Assembly: GCA_022813865.1 (NCBI GenBank)
Contig: JALDZX010000006.1
Location: 310,001 to 374,000 of the forward strand
DNA: 64,000 nt
Direction of reading: 5' to 3'
Source: Xylographa opegraphella
Lineage: Eukaryota
The notes below the pieces were generated by a model. That model saw only the letters and a program-made list of their open reading frames with translations. It had not been told where the DNA came from and ran no database searches. The position numbers were made by a program, and so were the translations under genes. This document shows, piece after piece, positions 26,161 to 35,022 of this stretch. Numbering within the stretch: the first letter of the stretch is position 1; the number at the start of each line of letters is the position of its first letter.

Positions 26161-26691
26161 ATGTCTTACATCAACATCCCACTGGACGCGCTGACGTCCC
26201 GGCTCAACATTGCCGGGGTCTCAGAACAAGTACGTTCGCAGTCCTTTGGACAAAGGTTCGCAAACTTGAAGCCTATCTCGGAGTTCCTAGACTTGAAACG
26301 TTTGTCAAAGCCTGCCAACTTTACCGAGGTTCAGAGCAGGATCAACTACAATATCGGATACTTCTCCACCAACTATGCCGGTGTCGCCCTTATGCTTGGA
26401 GTCTACAGCTTGCTTACCAATTTGACACTTCTTTTCGACATCATCTTCGTCGGCGTTGGACTTTTCGGTATCAAGAAGCTCAACGGCCGTGATCTGGACG
26501 TGGGCTTTGCTCGTGCAACAACATCTCAACTGTATACTGGTTTACTGATCATCGGTGTTCCACTTTTCTTCTGGGCGAGTCCCATAGGCACAGCTCTTTG
26601 GCTTGTTGGCGCTACCGGTGTGACGATCTTGGGCCATGCCTCATTCATGGACAAGCCGATCGATACAGCTTTTTCCGAGGAGGCCGTCTGA
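26161..26691 (+). CDS. YIP3: PRA1/Yip3 prenylated Rab acceptor (short form, 176 aa)
   Basis: LKPISEFLD..RLSKP..VQSRINYNIGYFSTNY, two long hydrophobic hairpins, C-terminal LGHASF..FSEEAV. Confidence 0.93.
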   Translation: MSYINIPLDALTSRLNIAGVSEQVRSQSFGQRFANLKPISEFLDLKRLSKPANFTEVQSRINYNIGYFSTNYAGVALMLGVYSLLTNLTLLFDIIFVGVGLFGIKKLNGRDLDVGFARATTSQLYTGLLIIGVPLFFWASPIGTALWLVGATGVTILGHASFMDKPIDTAFSEEAV

Positions 26692-26710
26692 GTGGTCGGC
26701 GGCGAACTCC
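26670..26710 (+). promoter_or_regulatory. Putative -1 programmed ribosomal frameshift signal (slippery heptamer plus stem-loop)
   Basis: T TTT TCC at 26670-26676 in the YIP3 frame, followed by GGAG-GCCGTC(T)GA-GTGG-TCGGCGGC-GAA-CTCC, which can fold as a stem-loop. The -1 frame stays open to 27980. Confidence 0.8.
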
Positions 26711-27980
26711 ATACGATATGCCCCCATGGGGAAGACCATTAGGGGCTCAGGAAGGGAAGGGGAGGAAGGAAAGGGAACGAGAGCGGCGAGAACGGGAGCA
26801 AGAACGACGTGTTGAGGAATTAGACAGCGATTCTGACGATGGCCAAGGTGTTTACTTTGGTCGTTCATTTGCAGGAGATGATTTGCATTTTACGGGCGCA
26901 GATTTGGGACGTGGTCTTCGCCACAGGGGAAGACAAGGGTCTTCAGATGATTCCGAACATTCAGAGGATGTTGTCGATTACGACTTGGGTAATGGTTCCG
27001 CAATGCAAGTAGCTTTACGAGATAAAGAGGAGGTTTTGGTCCAGAGAGCAAAAGAACGAATTCGGCGCGCGCAGGCTATGGGAGAAATAAGTGTCAAACT
27101 ACCTTCATCTGAGTTGGATGCTCTTGAGCGACAGTTGGCAAGCGAGCAGGCAAAGGGAAAGAGGCCAACCTTGAAAGCAAAAGCAAGTGGTGAGAGGCGT
27201 ACTAGTGATCGTGGGTCAAGGTCTCAGAATGTAGTTACATCGACAGCTACGAGAAGGAAAAGCAGATCCTCACTCGTCATCGCTAACGACAGACATGGAA
27301 GTGATCCAGCACAAACAGCACCACCTGGCTTCCTTGTTGCTGGCCCGGATGGTCGTCCTATCTATACACCTTTCGGTTATTATCCGCCTTCTCCTGTTTC
27401 ACCATATGGCCCGTCGTCACATCCCAACTCACGTACTGGCTCTACACACAGCTTACAGCACACTCCTCCATTGCCTCAACCCCAGAGTCGCAGCCAACAG
27501 AAGCGTTACTTTTCGGTGCCGGAACAACACCATCAAGCGTCATCAGGAAGACGAGGAACCTCTTCACCGAGACCTTTACCTGATGATCCTGATTGGCAAC
27601 CTCGTGCTCGATCGACATCCAACCTCCCATATCCTTCCGACCTTTACCAGTACCCCGCATACTCACCGCCATTGCCGCAAATGCCTATACAATACTCCCC
27701 AGGACGACGCAATGTTTCCGGTCCTGAAGTTGGGTACCCAAGTCCTCGAGGTGTACAAGCCGGCCGTCCCTCCGCTGCTACTTCAGACCCATCCTTACTT
27801 AGGAGAGAGTATTCTGGAGGTGGTGTACAATACGAACAAGATAACAGCGAGGACGACGTGGATGAAAGTGACCAAGACGAAGGCGTTCAGGTTGATGTCG
27901 TGCCATACGGCCAAAGCTATGGCGTGAATGTTGCCAGGGGGCCGCCAGGGAGTGGTAGGCAACGGAAAAATCGCCGCTGA
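26670..27980 (+). CDS. -1 frame extension of YIP3 (long form about 606 aa), low-complexity Pro/Ser/Arg-rich tail
   Basis: ORF 26598-27980 overlaps the YIP3 end in the -1 frame. Its first ATG (26718) is only 26 nt after the YIP3 stop. Contains a conserved-looking MQVALRDKEEVLVQRAKERIRRAQ block. Confidence 0.78.
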   Translation, partial: FFRGGRLSGRRRTPYDMPPWGRPLGAQEGKGRKERERERREREQERRVEELDSDSDDGQGVYFGRSFAGDDLHFTGADLGRGLRHRGRQGSSDDSEHSEDVVDYDLGNGSAMQVALRDKEEVLVQRAKERIRRAQAMGEISVKLPSSELDALERQLASEQAKGKRPTLKAKASGERRTSDRGSRSQNVVTSTATRRKSRSSLVIANDRHGSDPAQTAPPGFLVAGPDGRPIYTPFGYYPPSPVSPYGPSSHPNSRTGSTHSLQHTPPLPQPQSRSQQKRYFSVPEQHHQASSGRRGTSSPRPLPDDPDWQPRARSTSNLPYPSDLYQYPAYSPPLPQMPIQYSPGRRNVSGPEVGYPSPRGVQAGRPSAATSDPSLLRREYSGGGVQYEQDNSEDDVDESDQDEGVQVDVVPYGQSYGVNVARGPPGSGRQRKNRR

Positions 27981-30290
27981 TTGGCGTGTACATGATAGGA
28001 AAAATTCACATACCTAGGTATCACAAAACGTCTCATTGCACACAAAGATGCTATGATATACGTGTTGTCGGCAGCCCTCCGTTGCCAATCATTATATTAA
28101 TGTCTGGGTGAGCAGTTGATGCAACATATTCCTCTCTCGATTATTATGCCCTTTTTTCGTCTCGAGAAGTGACCTCCAGTAATATATATGGTTACAACTC
28201 AATTTTGATTTGTACAGGATCACGATACATGATTTTCTTTCTTTCCCTTGTCTGGAAGTCGAAACATGAATGCTGGCGACGGCCACTCGATGTCTTTTCT
28301 TGTTGTTTCGTTCTGCTTGATCACATTCACGACTTATAAATGACTACTGCCTATTTACCAACGCTATCAATCCGATCCCTATCTCTCTCCCAAACTTTCA
28401 TGCTGAAGGCTGTTTTACGCCTTAATCAATCTGCTGAGACAGGTGACTAACATCGAGGAATCTGAGCACGGCGACGAGGAGTTGGATCAAGCCTTGTGTC
28501 TAGGCAAGGAGGTTTGTTCGAGAGAGCTGATGGTTATATAAAACGACTACAATACCGCACAGCGATGTTACTACGAACGACCGACCGGGGGGGTCTCATG
28601 TATGTGACAGGCTAAAGGCTTTGCGGCAGACCGCGTCAACCCACATCTTAGTAGCGAAGCCCAGCGGCATTCGTGTGGCATGGATTATCCCGTTGCTATC
28701 GAAGATAAGTCTGACCCACGGCAGCTCCGGCATTCGTTTCGAAGATAAGCCCGACGCCTTCAAAGTCGGCAGTTAAGAATAAAAGCTCACTCGAGACGAA
28801 AGTTGTCAAGGATAGAATGAAGCGTCCTGGGCCTGGAATTTGCAAATACATAACGGATAAATACCAACTATACGACCACAACAATCCAAACCCATCCCCA
28901 GCGTATTCTACAAAGTTCGTAACATTTGCTAATTACAACGACTATTCTTTATATTGCAATCCTACCTTAACAGATTTGTTAAAAATTTCTACGTTCGGAG
29001 TCCGAATCGACGATCTAATCATCTTCTTGACCAGCGGATCTAGACATCAACGGCATGGTCCACGTCACACGAATGCCGCTGGGCTTCGCTGCTAAGATGT
29101 GGGTTGACGCGACTACCGGGACAAACTAGTAGCGAATGATGTGTCTGCTGCGGCCGGTACCGTTTCGAAGCTGGGCTACCCCTTGATTCGATACGAAGTG
29201 TGGTGGAACGACAATGATTGAAAAGCAAAGCATCCAGGTACTGCGTCCCTGGAAGAGAACTCCTGGCTCTCCTCGAGTCTGTCCCAGCACATCACTCAGC
29301 CCGATATTCGTCTCCGAGCCGCCCTGCTCAGGCTCTTTCTCCGCCTGCACGCAGTGCGGTGGAGTTGATCCAGCTTACTGGAGCAAACTTGAGACTTTAT
29401 TCTCGGGGCACTACGAAGGTCTTGTTGACGAGGATGACAAGCTGTACCTGAACACGGTAGTTGGAGGATAGAATGAGCGAGATGAATATGTTCGTCAAAC
29501 GCGAGCTGAGCCACGGAAACGTTTATATGGCTCGCGTTATCTCCTCATATAGTCACGGTTGTATGTTACAACCTACAACTCATGTTATGGTATTGCGATC
29601 AAGTAGGCCTTTCAGCATGTCGGAAGGCCACTGAAGACGGCTGCATAGGCCTTTATACCCTTCCTACAGCGATACGTAATATTCTGGCTCGCAGAGAAAT
29701 TGCTCAAACAATGGAATACAAGTGGAGCAAATCGCGGTACGCAATCCTGGGTAGCTTTCTGCTCTTACGAGAGTGACAAAGTACCAACGAGTACACATCG
29801 GCTTCGACCCCTGAGTCCGAGCGGGACAAACAAAACAACTCATACGTTACTGAACGCGAATTGACCAGCAGAGTATGATCAACAGGATATGCCACGGGCA
29901 ATGCGGGTCCCCCTTGGCAACGCCTTCAAGAAATTCGTTGATATAGGGTGAAAAAGATGTTGATGGCAACCTGTACAGCCAACGCAGGAAGGCTACTACT
30001 ACAGATAGTAGCGCTGTTTTTACAACATTTAATAGCCAAAAAGGCGTCGACGCGAAAATATACAAACGCCGCCCCACTTTTGAGAAATCGAAATACCAGG
30101 CTTCGAATTTGGAATCGAGTACAAGACCGCCTATCAAGCCTGTGTCGGACACATAAACGGTCCAAAGCTCATAAGCAAAGAATCTGCCAAATCTTAACAC
30201 TGCGGACCCATCTTCTACCGAAGTGTTTTCAATTTGGCGATCGGATCTGAATGTAGAGGGATCGGCCTATGTGGCCCTTTTGTTATAACC

Positions 30291-30480
30291 TGTTGAAAAT
30301 CCAGGGGGTTAGCAGCCTGTGTTGTCGGCTTGTACTATAGCCAATTAGGACTAGCTTAGTACAGGACTCGAAGAGTCTTCTGAAGCTTCCGCTTCAGGAG
30401 AACTCTTCACCTACTTAGTGATTAAGCAATGCACTGCTATCTGCTGCCAAAACCCCTGTGCCTAGTGATTAAATTCAATA
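30291..30480 (-). mobile_element. LTR-like remnant, copy 1 (~190 bp)
   Basis: Termini TGTTGAA...TTCAATA. The reverse complement aligns by eye over its full length to 34243-34431. No matching TSD (TAACC / GAAAG). Confidence 0.75.
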
Positions 30481-30500
30481 GAAAGCTCCCTTATATACTG

Positions 30501-30770
30501 CTACGCTAGTCTAGCGGCTATGTTAAATTAACAGTTATGTTAGTCTAACAGTTACGTTAGTCTAACAGTTACGTTAGTCTAACAGTTACGTTAGTCTAAC
30601 AGTTACGTTAGTCTAACAGTTACGTTAGTCTAACAGTTACGTTAGTCTAACAGTTACGTTAGTCTAACAGTTACGTTAGTCTAACAGTTACGTTAGTCTA
30701 ACAGTTACGTTAGTCTAACAGTTACGTTAGTCTAACAGTTACGTTAGTCTAACAGTTATATTAGTTTAAT
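30501..30770. repeat. 17-bp tandem repeat (TAACAGTTACGTTAGTC), about 14 copies plus degenerate flanks
   Basis: 12 perfect copies at 30546-30749, variant copies at 30529-30545 and 30750-30766, and degenerate units at 30501-30528. Confidence 0.97.
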
Positions 30771-31049
30771 AGCGGGTAGCGCTTATGCTGCCTTCAGGCA
30801 ACACAAAGGGCATTCTGCCAGGCGGCGCTATTTCCAACATATATTATTATTTACCTTAGATTTGCGTTACCTTTACGTTTAATTATCTATTAACTTTTCA
30901 CTACTCTTGCATCCTTTCATATTAGCGTACGTTAGATACTTACTTCCCGCATTTCACGCATAGCTTTTTTTATGATTGGACGTTGAGCTACTAGGGCTCG
31001 TGCTGGAAGGGCAGCCTCCAGAGGTGGGTCCGCGCGAAGCCGTGGCAAG

Positions 31050-31409
31050 ATGCCTGCTTCTGGTGCTGGTCCATCAACGCCTCGGCGCCCCCGACCCGTA
31101 TTAAATGCTTTGGTCGGTCGTATTCGCTGGACTAACCCGATTGTTAATAAGAACCTAAAAGTACTACTGGGCTCAGGTTATAAGGCCCGAGCCGCATATA
31201 TTCAGGCTTGGGAGGAAAAGGCTGCTCAAGAAATTCTAAGGGCCATGAAAGAGGTCCGGGGCTTTGAGCAGGAGACATTTGGGGCTAATTGCACTGCTCT
31301 TGGTTTTCTACCGTGGTACAGTAATCCGGATCCCAATGTTGACTTGTTTGAAGTTACGGGCAAATGGGTCGAAGGCCTTCAATATAAACTACATTCTCCT
31401 CGCCTATGA
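31050..31409 (+). other. Unassigned 119-aa ORF in the decayed region
   Basis: ATG-started ORF with protein-like composition but no recognised motif; flanks are TpA-rich. Confidence 0.25.
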
Positions 31410-32429
31410 ACTAGCTTAAACACGTCTCGTTATGTACGATTTGTTTTACCTATCAATAATTACCAACGTTTGAGTACTAAGGCAAAAATTTAGCTCTGTA
31501 GGAATTGTGGTTATGCAAGGGATCAACGTGGTCAGACTAGCGACCTGTATATATCTAGTAGGGTAGCTCCGTAGTAGAATTGAACCTCAGCTTGGACTAC
31601 CTACAGCTTCAGGGTAGACGTTACCAATACAATATTTTTGACCCCAACACTCGAGGACTCCCGATGCTCGAATCTGAGGCTTACATTGGAAGAACTGAAA
31701 GCTAAGGACAAAATCTTGATCTCTTCGGCATTTGCAAGGCTTACAAGGAATGGAGTGGTGGGTAAGAAAAGGAGCCACTAAAACGAGGGTGGAGTTGCAG
31801 CGGTAAAGATCTTATTCGTTGAGAAGTGCTTCAAATAGACAGCATTGTTAGTGCTTGAGGATTTTCAAAGAGTATGATCGTCCGAGAGTCATGGTTGTGC
31901 CGAAGATTACCTCATGGAGCCTGTTGGATTCGTACTGTTTCACTATTGTGCATTGAATCTGGATGGAGCCAGTCTTTTTACGTCCAAGAGCAAATATTGA
32001 AACAACAGCCCAAGTATCTAGAGATCGTTGGTGCGGCAAACACAGGGTCAGTCATCTGTACATTCTATCAATCGTATGATACCCAAATATACTCACGGAA
32101 TAGATACAGGCAGGGACTGCCCTTCATCCTGCCTGACGATGGAACTTCAGTACTGTTCCATGAACCTTGCTTGTCAAACCGTTGAGCCTCGTGGACAAGC
32201 AAAGAGCGTTCTAAGTCTGGCCCAGGGAACCGAGGATCAGAAGAAGCGTAAGAAATCATCTTTGATATTGGTTCGAACAAGTGCAGGATCTACAGTGATT
32301 GAAACTTGTTACATTATTCCGTGTTCAAATCTTACCCATATGGCAACTGTTCTACGTAGCTTCTAGCGTTCGAACATTACATATACTCCATAGTCAAAGT
32401 GTCACGTCCCAATCATACCCTCGGCCGCC

Positions 32430-33300
32430 ATGGGAGCAACTTGATCTCAGTATTTTTTACCACGATGATGGTAAAGTTTACATTGCCGGCTGCTCCGAAA
32501 GTGATGCTCGACGAGCAATCCAGCTGATTCAATTCGCATCACTCTTCCGTCCGCCAAGTTGAACGTCTTCCACTTGGTCTCGGTGATCTCAGCACAGTTT
32601 GAGCCTCAGCCGATGCCGTCAAAAGCAAAGAACCCAGGCTCGATATTCTAAGGAATAATGCTGGTGTATCATTTACCACACTGGGAAGCTAGCCTAAACA
32701 AGGCCAAGAGCTGGACCTTGCCACAGATTGTTTCAGGCCGTATCTTTTCACCATACTACTTCTTCCGTGTCTTCACGAGGCCACTATAGCCTCATCAGCC
32801 GACGCTGTACGTGTCGTTTGGACCAGCTCGCAAACAACGGACCGCTCAATCCTCTTGGAGGATTCACTATGGACTATATCAATTTCCCACTTGCGGACCA
32901 GAAGGCCAGCTACTTCACCTCGAAACTGGCAATTGGTTTTGAGTTGAAGAGTTGGCATCAACAGTTGAGGCACAAGGAAACGCAGGGTGGTGCAAAACGC
33001 AGGCAATCTGGAAACCCAAGTACATACTGCGGCACGTAACGCGCATCATGACGATTATGGCAGCGCTATTGTTGCACAACCCGCGTGGGTACCTATCCGG
33101 GGAAGTGGCCTGGATTGACTTCCGACCTTTCAAAGGAACGAGACAGGGTGAGGGCCGGTGCCAGATATGTGGTCTCTTGAGGCATCTACAGCCCTGCGCC
33201 GCGCTGGCACTTCCTATGTGCACTCCAGGGAAGGAAGAGGGAGGCCACGGTTTAGCGGTGGCATTCCGCGAGCGGCGCGCGGCGAATGCCAAAGACTATA
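32430..33300 (+). pseudogene. SDR (retinol-dehydrogenase-like) pseudogene
   Basis: Ordered fragments in shifting frames: KVYIAGCSE, LGDLSTV*ASADAVKSKEPRLDILRNNAGV (TGA at 32600), VRVVWTSS, YFTSK, AGNLET and KEEGGHG. Confidence 0.82.
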
Positions 33301-34242
33301 CTTGGAGAGACCATACTTGGAGCCTATTTTCGTCATCTTCATCCTGAAGCAATCAGCACATCGTCACGACTCAGGAGAGATCTAATTTCTTTCCATGGAA
33401 CTGTGCAGCGTCAGGCACTCGCTCCGACTACCGCATCCTTGATATAAGAGGCGGTACCCAACTTTAGATCACCAATTGCTGAAGAGGCGTCGGAAGCTTG
33501 ATTGGAGAGTAACGAGCGGGCTCCGATCAAAGTTTTAGCTGTGGTGGATAAGATAAATGAATATTATATACAACTCGAGCCTTACAGTTGCCTCTTTTCT
33601 ATCACTGGGGAACGGATCCACAGCCAGATACTTCTAGGCTTCATACCTGGCTGTATGTGAATGCGAGAAGCTTCAATACAGTTGAAGAACCTGCTCGTTT
33701 GCTTCACAGCGCCTCTCTACCATCTGGGAATACTCTTCGTCCCGTAACCCTGCAACAGCGGCTGGGGCAGTAGTAAGAGCAGCAACGCTAGTGGTTATCA
33801 TGACCGTACGCCGAGGCAAATTATCACGTCTGAAGCTCGCTCGTTCATTGCGAGAGTTTGTGCTGAGGACCACCACCTCGCCTGTAGTGCAGAACTGCAC
33901 TCCCACCCAGCGAGTGACTCGACGGCTTCTGCACAACAGCACAGAAGGGAGAAGCCGCTGTCACTTTGGTCTCTTCGGAACAATCACATATTCCAAAAGC
34001 AGGGCAAGCCCGTCCGGAGCCAAAGACAAAGATTGCAGAGAAGTCATACCAGACTCCGCACGCTCAGGGCAATACCGGTTCTCGTCATCAGTGACGAAGG
34101 TGCTGCACTCGATGCCCGAAGAAGAAGCGGTCAATCAGATTCGCGGCATTGCTCACGGAAGGTTCTCCTTCCTGGCTGACAAGCGACTGGGTAAAAGCAC
34201 TCCTGCGGCGGTTCGTGCTTCTTTTGTGGAAATATCAAGGCA

Positions 34243-34431
34243 TATTGAAACTAATCACTAGGCACAGGTAATGGCAGCAGGTAACAGTGCATTGCTTAAT
34301 CACTAAGAAGGTGAAGAGTTCTTCTGGAGACGGGGCTCCANNNNNNNNNNNNNNNNNNNNNACTAAGCTAGGCCTAATCGGCTATAGTAAAGGACCAACA
34401 ACACAGACTGCTAACGCCCTGATTTTCAACA
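34243..34431 (+). mobile_element. Solo LTR, copy 2 (~189 bp) with 5-bp TSD
   Basis: Termini TATTGAA...TTCAACA, flanked by AGGCA at 34238-34242 and 34432-34436. Homologous to 30291-30480. Confidence 0.82.
34341..34361. other. Assembly gap (21 N)
   Basis: Run of N inside LTR copy 2. Confidence 1.
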
Positions 34432-35022
34432 AGGCACTCGATTCATTTCCTAGCCGGGTGGCAGTGCCGGAGACTGGTCATACTGGATAGTAGAGGCTCA
34501 TATGGTGGGTCTCTAGCGGTTCGGAAGAAGATGGAGCGGATAGGGAGGATATGGTGGATGGCGCAGACATTGGCTCCGTGTATATACCAGAAACAAGACT
34601 TATTATGGGATAAAAACATTCGGCGAATGGCTTTGCAACTTCGTAGGGCCATTGTGTTGGTCGTCTACAGCTGACCTACACTCTTAGGTAATGAACTTCA
34701 AGCAGCGTCCCGGCCCTTTGAGAAAAAGTCTATAGATCCCAATTCGTACCATGCCATGAGATTGTATGCAATATTTGGCGTGATAAAATTTCCCAAGACA
34801 ATTCTGAGTGTCAAACTCCATTAGAGATGCCAGGCCATCTCAGGCCATCTCGAGCCGGACCCTTAAAGAAAGTATCCCAAGGTGCTTTATTTACAATGCA
34901 GCAGTTCCCTCCACACTGCCGTCTGCGAAAGTGCCTGCGGCTGACGCCGTCCGCTATCGCCCTTTAGAATCTCTACCCTCCGAAAATTATATACATAAAA
35001 AGGGAAGCGCTGGGCACAATGA

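Noticed and set aside
26718..27980. Independent gene starting at ATG 26718
   Set aside because: It is only 26 nt from the YIP3 stop, and the slippery site plus -1 overlap explain it better. Reinitiation is not fully excluded.
28817..29520. Possible gene relic
   Set aside because: Coding-like fragments and one acceptor-like site are present, but no family could be identified.
30529..30766. CRISPR array or telomeric repeat
   Set aside because: The units are contiguous with no spacers, the DNA is eukaryotic, there is no G-run typical of telomeres, and the position is internal.
30291..34431. Single TIR DNA transposon
   Set aside because: The outer flanks differ (TAACC vs AGGCA), no transposase is recognisable, and copy 2 has its own TSD.
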